Made by a program: the position numbers and the translations under genes. The notes below the pieces were generated by a model. It was not told the origin of the DNA. It searched no databases and worked only from the letters and a program-made list of their open reading frames with translations. 64,000 bases of DNA. Origin: an uncultured Actinomycetota bacterium (lineage in GTDB: Bacteria; Actinomycetota; UBA4738; HRBIN12). This document shows, piece after piece, positions 31,031 to 40,561 of the stretch (position 1 is the first letter of the stretch; every line of letters begins with the position of its first letter). The DNA lies in assembly GCA_963788925.1 (NCBI GenBank), contig CAWBIH010000002.1, positions 503,752-567,751 of the forward strand, written 5' to 3'.

Positions 31031-31615
31031 ATGGAGCCGTTGACGCGCTTCGCGGGGACGGCCGTTCCGTTGGATCGCTCCGACGTCGACACCGATCAGA
31101 TCGTGCCCGCGCAGTTCCTGAAGCGGATCGAGCGGACCGGATTCGGGCCGTTCCTCTTCCACGAGTGGCGGAAGGATCCGTCGTTCGTCCTGAACGATGA
31201 GCGTTACGCGGGCGCCACGATCCTCCTCGCCGGCGCCAACTTCGGCAGCGGATCCAGCCGGGAACACGCGCCGTGGGCGCTGGAGGACCACGGGTTCCGC
31301 GCCGTGATCGCCCCGAGCTTCGCCGACATCTTCCGGAACAACTGCTGCAAGATCGGCCTGCTCCCCGTCGAGTTGCCACAGGAGTCGGTCCGGGCGCTGA
31401 TGGACGCGGTCCTCGACGACCCCACGACGTTGATCGAGGTCGACCTGGATGGACTGACCGTCACGGCGCCTTCGGTACAGGAGAGCTTCGCGTTCGATGA
31501 TTTCCGGCGATGGTGCCTGCTGGAGGGCTTCGACGACATCGACCTGTCGTTGCGCCACGCCGATGAGATCACGTCCTACGAGGCGAACCGGCCGTCCTGG
31601 CTGCCGACGGCCTGA
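31031..31615 (+). CDS. leuD: 3-isopropylmalate dehydratase small subunit
   Basis: 194 aa LeuD (VDTDQIVPAQFLK, GANFGSGSSREHA). Start immediately follows the leuC stop. Confidence 0.9.
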   Translation: MEPLTRFAGTAVPLDRSDVDTDQIVPAQFLKRIERTGFGPFLFHEWRKDPSFVLNDERYAGATILLAGANFGSGSSREHAPWALEDHGFRAVIAPSFADIFRNNCCKIGLLPVELPQESVRALMDAVLDDPTTLIEVDLDGLTVTAPSVQESFAFDDFRRWCLLEGFDDIDLSLRHADEITSYEANRPSWLPTA

Positions 31616-31621
31616 GCGGTA

Positions 31622-32953
31622 CTAGTCGCTCGACCGGACCCGTCGCCGGATCGCCTCAGCGGTCTCGGCCGTGAGGGAGGCCAACGCCTCCGAGCGATGC
31701 GCGATGACGTGCTCGGGGTGTGTGAGCCGCGCGGCCTTCACGGGGAGTGCCGCGAGGTCTCGCTCGAAACGGGCGCGCATCTCCTCGATCGACGGCGCGG
31801 GTGCGAGGCGGCGCCCGGCCCGCATCACGGGCTCCAGCATCGGCTCGTGGTTCGGGCCGGGCGCCGCCTCGTCCCGGAGCGCGATGACATCCTCGGACGG
31901 ACCGCGCCAGACCTGCTTGCGACCGGGGGCGCTGGCCTTCGCCGGCGAGAGCTTCAGCACGGGTCGTCCGTCGAACTCCGCGAGCTTGTAGACGACGTCG
32001 ACGTACGGCGCATCGGCGGAGACGCCGAGCTGGGTCCCGATCCCGAACGCGTCGACCGGCGCACCCGCTCGAACCAGCTCCGCCACCTCGTGCTCGTCAA
32101 GCCCACCGCTCGCGAAGATCTTCGCCCGCCCGAGCCCCGCGTGGTCGAGGATCCGCCTGGCCTCGCGTGAGAGCCGGTCGAGGTCGCCCGAGTCGAGCCG
32201 GACGCCGACCTCCCCGGGAGGATCCACGTCCTCGATCACCTCGATCGCGTTCCGCACTCCGTTCAGGGTGTCGTAGGTGTCGACCAGGAAGGTCGTTCGG
32301 TGTGGATGGTCTTCCGCGAACGCCCGGAACGCCTCTCGCTCGTCGTCGAAGGCGGTGATGAAGGAGTGCGCCATCGTCCCGGTGACCCGGAGATCGAACT
32401 CGCTCGCGGCCTCGACGTTCGACGTCGCCTGGAAGCCGACGATCGCGCTCCCTCGGGCCGCGGCCCGCGCGGCCTCCACCCCGTGCGCCCGTCGGAACGC
32501 GAAGTCGACCAGGTCGCGTCCTTCCGCCGCGATCACGTAGCGGGCGGCCTTCGACGTGAGCGTCGTGTGGAGCGTCACCTGGTTCAACAGGACCGTTTCC
32601 ACCAATTGGGCCTCGGCGATCGGTGCCGTGACCTCCAAGATCGGCTCCTTCGCGTGGACGATGCGCCCCTCCGGCACCGCCCACACCTCGCCCCGGAAGC
32701 GCACGTCACGGAATCCATCGATCGCCCGCTGATCGAACCCGATCCGGCTGAGGTAGGCGAGGTTCTCTTCATCGAAGGAGAACGACTCGAGGAACCGCAG
32801 GCAATCGTCCAGACCCGTCGCGACGAGGAAGCCCCGTTGCTTCGGCATGTCCCGCACGTAGAGGCTGAAGGTCGCCGGACCGTTCATCCCACGGCGCAGA
32901 TAGCTCGCCGCCATGTTGAGTTCGTAGAGGTCGGTGCTCAGCCCGCCGGGCAT
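31622..32953 (-). CDS. pncB: nicotinate phosphoribosyltransferase
   Basis: NAPRTase family (LYELNMA..., GTMAHSFI, DTYDT). The ATG at 32953 is chosen; the ORF-track extension is rejected. Confidence 0.8.
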   Translation of the reverse strand: MPGGLSTDLYELNMAASYLRRGMNGPATFSLYVRDMPKQRGFLVATGLDDCLRFLESFSFDEENLAYLSRIGFDQRAIDGFRDVRFRGEVWAVPEGRIVHAKEPILEVTAPIAEAQLVETVLLNQVTLHTTLTSKAARYVIAAEGRDLVDFAFRRAHGVEAARAAARGSAIVGFQATSNVEAASEFDLRVTGTMAHSFITAFDDEREAFRAFAEDHPHRTTFLVDTYDTLNGVRNAIEVIEDVDPPGEVGVRLDSGDLDRLSREARRILDHAGLGRAKIFASGGLDEHEVAELVRAGAPVDAFGIGTQLGVSADAPYVDVVYKLAEFDGRPVLKLSPAKASAPGRKQVWRGPSEDVIALRDEAAPGPNHEPMLEPVMRAGRRLAPAPSIEEMRARFERDLAALPVKAARLTHPEHVIAHRSEALASLTAETAEAIRRRVRSSD

Positions 32954-32972
32954 GCGACGTAGGCTACAGGCG

Positions 32973-33323
32973 ATGTCGCGCCGCTCCCGACGCCTGTTCG
33001 AATCGCTCGTGGCCGACGCGCTGGACGAGCTCCCCGGATGGGTGCAGGAGGCGATGGACAACGTCGCGGTGGTGGTCGAGGATCGCCCGCCTGCCGATGA
33101 GCCCGATCTGCTCGGTCTCTACGAGGGGATCGCCCAGACCGAACGCGAGAACTATGCGGGGGTCCTGCCGGATCGGATCACGCTCTTCCGCGCCACGATC
33201 GAAAGCGAGGCGGGCGATGACGATGAGGAGCTTCGGGCGGTCGTCGCCGAGACCGTCGTGCACGAGGTCGCCCACCATTTCGGGATCTCGGATGAACGCC
33301 TCGAAGGACTGGGATGGGATTGA
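32973..33323 (+). CDS. zincin-like metallopeptidase family protein (DUF1025-like)
   Basis: Small protein with an HExxH-type motif (VVHEVAHHFG). Confidence 0.6.
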   Translation: MSRRSRRLFESLVADALDELPGWVQEAMDNVAVVVEDRPPADEPDLLGLYEGIAQTERENYAGVLPDRITLFRATIESEAGDDDEELRAVVAETVVHEVAHHFGISDERLEGLGWD

Positions 33324-33784
33324 CGTCGGAGTACGCCATCGACGACGAGCAGGTGATGCAGCTCGCGTTGGAGGAGGCCCGGCGATGCCTCGATCACGGC
33401 GATGTGCCGATCGGTGCCGTCGTGACTCGCGAAGGTGAGGTCCTCGCGGTCGCCGGGAACGAGCGGGAGATGGCGAACGATCCGACGGCCCACGCGGAGA
33501 TCCTCGCGCTGCGCGCCGCGGCCGCCGCCCTCGGGTCCTGGCACCTCGAGGGCTGCACGCTCATCGTCACCTTGGAGCCATGCGCGATGTGCGCCGGCGC
33601 CATCGTCCTCTCCCGGCTCGACCGGGTCGTGTTCGGGGCATCCGATCCCAAAGCGGGCTTCGCAGGATCGTTGGGGAACCTCGTGCAAGACCCGAGGCTG
33701 AACCACACCGTCATCCTGACCGACGGCGTGCTCGCCGAGGAGTGCGGGGACCTGTTGCGAACGTTCTTCCGGGAGCGGCGCTAG
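33314..33784 (+). CDS. tadA: tRNA-specific adenosine deaminase
   Basis: CDA-fold zinc motifs HAEILAL and TLEPCAMCAGAI. Start may instead be the internal ATG at 33356. Confidence 0.85.
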   Translation: MGLTSEYAIDDEQVMQLALEEARRCLDHGDVPIGAVVTREGEVLAVAGNEREMANDPTAHAEILALRAAAAALGSWHLEGCTLIVTLEPCAMCAGAIVLSRLDRVVFGASDPKAGFAGSLGNLVQDPRLNHTVILTDGVLAEECGDLLRTFFRERR

Positions 33785-34170
33785 CGCGCCAGCCGCTCGC
33801 GGATCGCGTCGTCGATACGGAGGGCGACCTCCGGCATCTCGCGGCGCATCGCCGCGAACGAAGCGGGGCTCATCACGGCCAGGGTGGTCGGTGTCGTGGT
33901 CACGACCGACGCGGTCCGACGCCCGTGCTCGATCAGCGCGATCTCTCCGAAGAAGTCACCGGGGCCCAACGTGGCGAGACGCTTCCCATCGTGGAGAACC
34001 TCGACCTCACCGCCCACGATCACGAAGAACTCGTGGGGCAGTCGGCCCTGATCGAGGAGATGCTTGCCCGTCGGCAAGTCGATCGAGTCCGCCCACCGCG
34101 CGATCTTCTCGCGGTCCTTGTGCGACAGACCTGCGAACAGGGGCACACGTTCCAGACTCTTCGCATCCAC
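33781..34170 (-). CDS. cyclic-nucleotide-binding domain protein (stand-alone cNMP-binding domain)
   Basis: CAP/PKA-type cNMP pocket (GDFFGEIALIEHGRRTASVV). Start placed at the GTG at 34170 with a GAGGAT RBS, because the ORF-track ATG overlaps the tRNA-Ser gene. Confidence 0.65.
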   Translation of the reverse strand: MDAKSLERVPLFAGLSHKDREKIARWADSIDLPTGKHLLDQGRLPHEFFVIVGGEVEVLHDGKRLATLGPGDFFGEIALIEHGRRTASVVTTTPTTLAVMSPASFAAMRREMPEVALRIDDAIRERLAR

Positions 34171-34231
34171 GTTCGTGGATCCTCGCACGATCGATCCGGA
34201 ACGTCGATCCGCCTCCGCTAGACTCGGCGAC

Positions 34232-34321
34232 GGAGGCGTGCCGGAGCGGACGAACGGGACCGCCTCGAAAGCGGTTAGGGGCCTAATCCGCCCCTCGCGT
34301 GTTCGAATCACGCCGCCTCCG
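34232..34321 (+). tRNA. tRNA-Ser (anticodon CGA), CCA encoded
   Basis: Acceptor GGAGGCG/CGCCTCC, anticodon loop CUCGAAA, long variable arm, T-loop TTCGAATC, 3' GCCA. TAGACT hexamer about 8 nt upstream. Confidence 0.85.
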
Positions 34322-34371
34322 CCATCGGGCGGGCCCTTCGATGGGCCCGCCCCAGTCGGTACCCTCCGTAG

Positions 34372-34914
34372 GTGCCGAAGGGATCTCGCCCGCTCGTCGT
34401 GTTCGTTCTCTGCTCCGTCGCGCTGGCGCTCGCAGGCCCCGCCTCCGCAGGCATCCCACCCGGCCGGTACGCGATCGGAGACTCGGTGATGCTCGGGGCG
34501 AAGGACGAGCTGTCGGGTCGAGGGATCCGTGTGAACGCGGTCGTCTCACGTCAGTTCCGCGACGCGGTTCCGCTGGTCGAGCAGCTCAGGGCAGCCGGCA
34601 GGCTCCGGAGGAAGATCGTCATCCATCTGGGCAACAACGGGATCCTCATCCAGGCCGCCGACTGCAACCGGATCTCGGAGGTCGCGGGTGCTCACCGAAC
34701 CGTGTACCTCGTGAACCTCAAGATCCCGCGTTCGTATCGGCGGATCCAGAACGGGCGACTGGCTGCCTGCGCGCAGCGACGTGCGAACATCCTGCTGATC
34801 GACTGGTTCCACTACAGCCGGAGCCACCCCTCATGGTTCGCGGCCGACGGCTATCACCTCACCGCAGCCGGTCAGACGAGGTTCGCGTCGCTCATCGCGA
34901 CGAGAACGGCCTGA
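34372..34914 (+). CDS. secreted SGNH/GDSL-like hydrolase family protein
   Basis: Signal peptide, then an AIGDSVMLGA block (GDS(L)-type). 180 aa. Confidence 0.55.
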   Translation: MPKGSRPLVVFVLCSVALALAGPASAGIPPGRYAIGDSVMLGAKDELSGRGIRVNAVVSRQFRDAVPLVEQLRAAGRLRRKIVIHLGNNGILIQAADCNRISEVAGAHRTVYLVNLKIPRSYRRIQNGRLAACAQRRANILLIDWFHYSRSHPSWFAADGYHLTAAGQTRFASLIATRTA

Positions 34915-34948
34915 TCGGCTCGCCAGGTCGCATCGGTAGACTCGTCTC

Positions 34949-35036
34949 GGTGGCCTGCCCGAGCGGCCGAAGGGACACGCCTGGAAAGCGTGTAGGGGGG
35001 TTGACTCCCTCGAGGGTTCGAATCCCTCGGCCACCG
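34949..35036 (+). tRNA. tRNA-Ser (anticodon GGA)
   Basis: Acceptor GGTGGCC/GGCCACC, anticodon loop CUGGAAA, long variable arm, T-loop TTCGAATCC. TAGACT hexamer upstream. Confidence 0.85.
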
Positions 35037-35046
35037 CTCCCACCGC

Positions 35047-35752
35047 TCACGTCGGTTCCCTCCAGCCCGGGCACGGCTCGCCGCCGACCGGTGACGGCAC
35101 CGTGTCGAGTCCTTCGAGGCCGGCACGAACATCCCCGAAGTCCCCGTATGGGAGATAGGGGATCGCCTCGCGGCGGCAGTGCGCGGCGAGGCCGTCCTTC
35201 GCGAACGTCACGTCTGCGTATCGAGCGCCGAACCGGTCGCTGACCCCATCGCCCACGAACGCCACCGCTCCGTGGACATCACGCGCTCGCTCGACGGCTC
35301 GCTTCTTGCACGTGCCGCAGCCGACGCAGATGGGATGCGCTGCAGGAAAGTCGAGCCCACCACGCTGCCAGTCATTCGTGATGACGGGCAGATGAGCGAG
35401 TCCGGACGCTGCGAGCAGCGGCCGGACGTGGACGCCGAACCCGTCGGAAACGATGGTGAGCGGCACCCCTTCGGCCGCCACCCATGCCGCGAACGGCGCG
35501 AAGGTGGGATCGAGAGGACAGTGGTCGAGTGCGAATGCGATCAGGTCTCGGTCGCTGCCGCGGAGCAACGCGGCCTCCGCGACGAGCACGTCGCGGAGGC
35601 CGATCTCACCGGCGTCGAACGCCCGGTCGATCTCGGCGAGCGGACCGTTGCGCGAGGGGTCGGCGCCGAACCGTCTCCATCAGGTCCACGCCCACGTCGT
35701 GAAGGCACACGGTCCCGTCGAAGTCCACGATCACCGCGCCGACCGTCAGCAT
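35047..35752 (-). CDS. HAD-IB family hydrolase (MtnX / phosphoserine-phosphatase-like), one frame change near 35656
   Basis: N-terminal MLTVGAVIVDFDGTV (DxDGT motif I) is in one frame. The C-terminal 180 aa, with a CVGCGTCKK motif as in MtnX-type phosphatases and the distal GDGVSD, is in the +1 frame. The junction is at a GGGG run. Confidence 0.65.
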
Positions 35753-35781
35753 CCGGGCAGGGTAGCTGGGAGCATGCCCGG

Positions 35782-36546
35782 GTGGACCTCGCCGAACGGA
35801 TCGTGGCCGCGAGCCTCGAAGGTGAACGCGTACGCGCCGACGTCGTCGAGGGCGGCGAGGTCGTCGAGGTCGATGGGCTCCTCGTCGCCTTCTCCAACCT
35901 CCCTGCGCCGGAGCTGAACGGGACGCGAGTGATCCGCGAGCCCGACGACGCGCCGGCCGCCCTGGACGCTGCCCGCGCGGTCTTCCGTTCCCGCGGTCAT
36001 CCCTTCTTCGGTATCGAGATCGAGGTCGGCCGGCATCCCGCGATGGAGTCCGCGATCCGAGCAGCGGGACTCCGACGGGTCGAGCAGTGGCCGGCGATGG
36101 CGGTCTCCATCGCTCTCCTTCCCGACGAACAGGTTGGGGCGGGTGTGGAGATCCGGCACGTCCGCGAGGAACAGGAACTCGATGCGGTGCGCGCGGTCGA
36201 GGTCGCGGCGTTCGGGACGCCGGCGGAGATCGCGGAGCGGTTCGTGGGCCGGAAGATGCTCGAGGACCCACGCGTCCGGATGTTCACCGCATGGATCGAC
36301 GGCGAGCCCGTGGGCGAGGCGTCTGCGTACCTGCTCCACGACACGGTCGGGATCTTCGGCGTGGGTGTCGTGGAGTCGGCCCGGCGCCGCGGGATCGGGG
36401 CGGCGCTCACCCTCCGGGCGGCGCGGGCGTTCGACGATCGGACGGATCTCGCGTGGCTGCAGCCGTCGGACATGGCCCGCCGGATGTACGAAGGCCAGGG
36501 GTTCCGTCGCGTGTCGGATTGGGAAGTCTGGGCCGCACGGCGCTGA
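35782..36546 (+). CDS. GNAT-family N-acetyltransferase (tandem GNAT-like domains)
   Basis: C-terminal acetyl-CoA-binding motif (RRRGIGAALTLRAARAF) and a GQGF tail. GTG start at 35782; the ORF-track extension is rejected. Confidence 0.65.
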   Translation: MDLAERIVAASLEGERVRADVVEGGEVVEVDGLLVAFSNLPAPELNGTRVIREPDDAPAALDAARAVFRSRGHPFFGIEIEVGRHPAMESAIRAAGLRRVEQWPAMAVSIALLPDEQVGAGVEIRHVREEQELDAVRAVEVAAFGTPAEIAERFVGRKMLEDPRVRMFTAWIDGEPVGEASAYLLHDTVGIFGVGVVESARRRGIGAALTLRAARAFDDRTDLAWLQPSDMARRMYEGQGFRRVSDWEVWAARR

Positions 36547-36615
36547 ACTTCAACAGAGGGAATGAACGGGGCGGGCGGCCCTTCGGGCCGCCCGCCCCAA
36601 CGCCGCCGCGGTCGG

Positions 36616-37287
36616 CTACGCGGCGCCGTCGACGACGCGCCGGTCTCCGACCGGCTCGTCGAGCTGCACGACGACCTTCTTGATGAGCGCGATCTCGATG
36701 CAGGCGACGTCGCCGGCGCTCGCATCGTGTCCTTCGAAGAGCGTGACGGTGATCGCGCCGGGACCGTAGTCCACGTCGACGTGATCGAGGACGTAGCATG
36801 GCTCGACGCCGCTCCAGAAGAAGATCGTGAGTGTCTTGCCGTCGTCGCCGACGACGACCTTGTCGAAGGCGTGGGGGTAGAGATCGGACATCCCGGGCGT
36901 CGGCTCCACCCTCTGAGCACCATCGTAGGGGTCGGTCACCACCGGGTCGTCGTCACCGGGGCACGGGGTGTAGCTGACGGTCGCGTCCGGTCCGGTGCCG
37001 CTCACCTTCTCGCCGCACTCGCCGGGATCGACCACGACCGGGTTGTCGATCGTGTCGTTGCACCCGTCTGATCCGGGGGTTCCACTCACGCTGGCGTCGT
37101 CCGCCGCCGTCGGCGCCACGCAGATGCCCGCGACGCCGTTCCCACCACCGCCGGATCCGGGTTCGGACCCGGCGGGGCTCCCCGGCTGGGTGCTGGCACC
37201 GACGTACTGCGCGCCGGCGATGCCGGAGACCAGCAGCGCGGCGATCGAAAGGAACAATGCCATCCGTGCCCGTGTCGTGATCGCCAT
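36616..37287 (-). CDS. secreted hypothetical protein (Cys/Gly/Asp-rich)
   Basis: Signal peptide MAITTRARMALFLSIAALLVSGIAGA, followed by a Gly/Pro-rich linker and a Cys-containing domain. No identifiable family. Confidence 0.5.
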   Translation of the reverse strand: MAITTRARMALFLSIAALLVSGIAGAQYVGASTQPGSPAGSEPGSGGGGNGVAGICVAPTAADDASVSGTPGSDGCNDTIDNPVVVDPGECGEKVSGTGPDATVSYTPCPGDDDPVVTDPYDGAQRVEPTPGMSDLYPHAFDKVVVGDDGKTLTIFFWSGVEPCYVLDHVDVDYGPGAITVTLFEGHDASAGDVACIEIALIKKVVVQLDEPVGDRRVVDGAA

Positions 37288-37426
37288 CGTGTCCTCCGTC
37301 GTGGGAAGGGAGCGGGCGGAAGGGCCACGCTCGTTCTGGCTGAACGGGGGTTGGACGCCCGGCCCCGGGGCGAGGTTCCCTCGCACGATGCATCATGCGC
37401 CAAGCGCTGGAGAAGGGAGGGAAGGA

Positions 37427-37795
37427 TTGAGCACGATCTATCGGGTCACACCCGGGGAACGGGTGGAGGGCCAGCCGACACAGGGGATCCTGCGAGAGCA
37501 GGCCGTGCAGACCGATGGGATGTGGTCGGGCTTCGCGCGGACGGAACCCGGGATGGTCTCCGGCTGGCATCACCACGGCGAGTACGAAAGCTCGATCTAC
37601 GTCCTGACCGGTTCTCTTCATATGGAGTTCGGTCCCGACGGCCAAGAGGCCTTCGACGCAGGTCCTGGAGACTTCGTCTTCGTCGGCAAGGGCGTCGTGC
37701 ACCGCGAGAGCAATCCTTCGACCGAGCAGGGGACGATGGTGGTGGTGCGTGCAGGGCATGGCGAGCCGGTCACGAACGTCGAGGGGCCCGGATAG
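37427..37795 (+). CDS. cupin-domain protein
   Basis: Cupin motifs (SGWHHHGEYESSIYVLTG...GDFVFVGKGVVHRE). TTG start with a GGAGGGAAGGA RBS. Confidence 0.6.
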   Translation: MSTIYRVTPGERVEGQPTQGILREQAVQTDGMWSGFARTEPGMVSGWHHHGEYESSIYVLTGSLHMEFGPDGQEAFDAGPGDFVFVGKGVVHRESNPSTEQGTMVVVRAGHGEPVTNVEGPG

Positions 37796-37840
37796 GCCGG
37801 AGATGGCGCGTCGGAGTGCCCACGTATACTCGCCTGCGTG

Positions 37841-38106
37841 ACCGTGCTAGGCGGGGAGCTAGCGGTGCCCTGTACCCGCGATCCGCTTCAGCGGGGCTGA
37901 ATCCCCGCCCGAGGCCCGCGAGGTCCGAAGCGCCCCGGTACGAAGCGTCGAAGGTCGGGTCCCACGCGACGCCGGAACGCGAACCGGGTCAGGTCCGGAA
38001 GGAAGCAGCCCTAAGCGTGAACCGGCGGGTGCCGTGGGCCAGCCCGGCTGGAGCTCCGCTGCCGGGTAGCGGTCGAGTCTCGCGGCGTCGACGGCGGGTG
38101 CACGGT
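37841..38106 (+). ncRNA. ffs: signal recognition particle RNA, long (Bacillus-type) form with Alu domain
   Basis: Near-identity to the B. subtilis scRNA 5' Alu region (GUGCUA-GCGGGGAG-UAGCGGUGCCCUGUACC-GC-AUCCGCU). Universal domain-IV motif GUCAGGUCCGGAAGGAAGCAGCC at 37990-38012. The 3' end GGUGCACGGU is followed by a T5 run. TATACT -10 box about 10 nt upstream. Confidence 0.85.
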
Positions 38107-38142
38107 CACACTTTTTCGCGAGACGGCCAAGGAGCGAGGTAG

Positions 38143-39960
38143 ATGGCGGACGACAGGCAGCACCAGGCGCTCTACCGGCGATATCGGCCACAGACGCCGA
38201 CCGAGGTCCTCGGTCAAGACCACGTCGTACGCGCGCTCACGGGCGCCATCCGGGACGGCCGCTTGCACCACGCATTCCTGTTCTGCGGGCCGCGGGGGAC
38301 CGGCAAGACGTCCACCGCGAGGATCCTCGCCAAGATGGTCAATTGCGCCACCGGGCCGACGGCCGAGCCGTGCGGCGGGTGCGATCAGTGCGTCGCCATC
38401 CGCGAGGGCACGCATCTGGATGTGGTGGAGATCGACGCCGCGTCGCACGGCGGGGTCGAAGACGCGAGAGAGCTCCGCGAGAAGGCACCCACGGCTCCGG
38501 TGCAAGGCCGAGAGAAGGTCTACATCATCGACGAGGCCCAGCGCCTGTCCCGTGAGGCGTTCGACGCGCTGCTGAAGGTCTTCGAAGAGCCGCCGCCCGG
38601 CGTCCGCTTCGTTCTCGCCACGACCGAGCCGCACAAGATGCCGGCCACGATCGTCGGCCGCTGCCAGCGGTTCGATTTCCGCCGGCACACCATGGAGGGC
38701 CTCTCCGAGCTCCTGCAGAAGGTGGCGGCGTCCGAGGGTGTGACGCTGGACGACTCCGCCGCGCACGCGATCGCGCGACACGCCGAGGGGTCCGCGCGAG
38801 ACGCGCTCTCGCTGCTGGATCAGGCCGGTGTGCTCGGCGGGCTGAAAGTGGACGATGCTGCGATCCAAGCGCTGCTCGGGGCGCCACGCGGCGAGGTGCA
38901 GGTGGAGCTTGCGGACGCGGTTGCCGTCGGCGACGCACGCAGCGCGTTCGAGATCGTCAATCGTCTGGTCCAAGACGGGCAGGACATCCGGAACGTGACC
39001 AACGAGACGCTCGGGCATTTCCGAGATCTGCTCCTCGTGAAGACGGCGCCGGGACAGGAGGACCTCCTGGACATCGCCGCGGACGCCTACGAAGGGCTGC
39101 GCATCCAGGCCGAGAAGTTCACGGCCTCCGAGTTGGCTCGGATCATCGAGCTGTTGTTGGCGGCCCAGAGCGACATGCGCTGGACGACGTCGCCGCGCCT
39201 CTCGTTGGAGCTCGCTCTCGTGCGGGCCACGATCCCCGAGACGGACCAGTCGCCCGCCGGAACGCTGGCACGGCTGGAGCGTCTCGAGAGGCTCGCCAAT
39301 GTCGACCCAGCGAGCGTGGTGCCCGACGCCACAGCCCATGTCGCCGCCGGGGCCGCCCACGTCGGGGACCCAACGCCGGCCGCCGAGCACCCGGCGCCTC
39401 CCGCCGTGGCCGCCTCGGTCGGAGACCCAACGCCGGCAGACGTACCTCGGGAGACACCTTCGGCCCCGACGCCTCCGCCCTCCGGCGTCGAGGTCTCCTC
39501 CGAGGCGGCCCCGGCGGGCGTTCCCTCAGCAGCGATCGAGGCGCCGCATGCGGCGAGCGCGGACAGCGTCGACGTCACGATGCTCCGCCGTTCGTGGCCG
39601 TCGTTGCTCGATCACCTCAGCGAGGTCGGGCAGCCGGTCCTCCGGGCGCTCCTGGAAAGCGCCACGCCGGCGACGTTCGACGGAGAGACTCTCGAGCTCG
39701 CCTTCCCTCCTTCGTTCCGCAACAACCTGCGGCAGGTGGCGAGTCGCGCCGACAAGTTGCAGGCGGCCCTCGGGGACCTCTTCGGGATCCGTCCCAGGAT
39801 CGAGAGCGTGACCCGCGAGGCGCACGCCGGCGCGACGGAGCCGGCCGCGACCGCGTTCGTCGAGGAGGCCGAGGAACCCACTGAAGAGGAAGCCCTGAAG
39901 CGTCTCAAGGACGTCTTGGGCGCCACGCCCGCCGACGAACCAGACGATCCCGAGGACTGA
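38143..39960 (+). CDS. dnaX: DNA polymerase III subunits gamma/tau
   Basis: AAA+ clamp-loader motifs (GPRGTGKTS, zinc module CGGCDQC, DEAQRLS, SRC-like region). Long Pro/Ala-rich tau linker. RBS AAGGAG. Confidence 0.9.
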   Translation: MADDRQHQALYRRYRPQTPTEVLGQDHVVRALTGAIRDGRLHHAFLFCGPRGTGKTSTARILAKMVNCATGPTAEPCGGCDQCVAIREGTHLDVVEIDAASHGGVEDARELREKAPTAPVQGREKVYIIDEAQRLSREAFDALLKVFEEPPPGVRFVLATTEPHKMPATIVGRCQRFDFRRHTMEGLSELLQKVAASEGVTLDDSAAHAIARHAEGSARDALSLLDQAGVLGGLKVDDAAIQALLGAPRGEVQVELADAVAVGDARSAFEIVNRLVQDGQDIRNVTNETLGHFRDLLLVKTAPGQEDLLDIAADAYEGLRIQAEKFTASELARIIELLLAAQSDMRWTTSPRLSLELALVRATIPETDQSPAGTLARLERLERLANVDPASVVPDATAHVAAGAAHVGDPTPAAEHPAPPAVAASVGDPTPADVPRETPSAPTPPPSGVEVSSEAAPAGVPSAAIEAPHAASADSVDVTMLRRSWPSLLDHLSEVGQPVLRALLESATPATFDGETLELAFPPSFRNNLRQVASRADKLQAALGDLFGIRPRIESVTREAHAGATEPAATAFVEEAEEPTEEEALKRLKDVLGATPADEPDDPED

Positions 39961-39964
39961 TCCC

Positions 39965-40558
39965 GTGTACGAGGGTCCGATACAGGAGCTGATCGATGAG
40001 CTGGCGCGCCTGCCGGGCGTGGGTCCGAAGTCCGCGCAGCGCCTCGCGTTCTGGCTCGTGAAGGCGACCCCTGAGGACGCGAAGCGCCTGGCTGCCGCGG
40101 TCGTACAGGTGAAGGACCGGATCGCGTTCTGTCGCGAATGCGGGAACGTCGCGGAGGGAGATCTCTGCCGGGTCTGCCGCGACGAGTCTCGTGACCGCAC
40201 GTTGCTCTGTGTCGTGGAGGAACCGAAGGACGCCGCCACGATCGAGAAGGCGGCCTTGCACAAGGGCCGCTATCATATCCTCGGTGGGGCGATCAGCCCG
40301 CTCGACGGCATCGGACCGGACGATCTGCGGGTACAGGAGCTGCTGGATCGCGTCGATCGCGATCACGTCACCGAGGTGATCCTCGCGACCAACCCCAACC
40401 TCGAGGGCAACGCCACCGCGATGTACGTGGCCGCGCTCTTGAAGCCGCTCGGGATCCGCGTGACGAGGCTCGCGAGCGGCCTTCCGGTCGGCGGCGATCT
40501 CGAGTACGCGGACGAGGTCACGCTTTCACAGGCCATCGAGGGCCGGCGCGAGATCTAG
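39965..40558 (+). CDS. recR: recombination protein RecR
   Basis: 197 aa. HhH ([14 protein letters not shown]), C4 zinc finger (CRECGNV...CRVC) and Toprim domain. Confidence 0.9.
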   Translation: MYEGPIQELIDELARLPGVGPKSAQRLAFWLVKATPEDAKRLAAAVVQVKDRIAFCRECGNVAEGDLCRVCRDESRDRTLLCVVEEPKDAATIEKAALHKGRYHILGGAISPLDGIGPDDLRVQELLDRVDRDHVTEVILATNPNLEGNATAMYVAALLKPLGIRVTRLASGLPVGGDLEYADEVTLSQAIEGRREI

Positions 40559-40561
40559 CCG

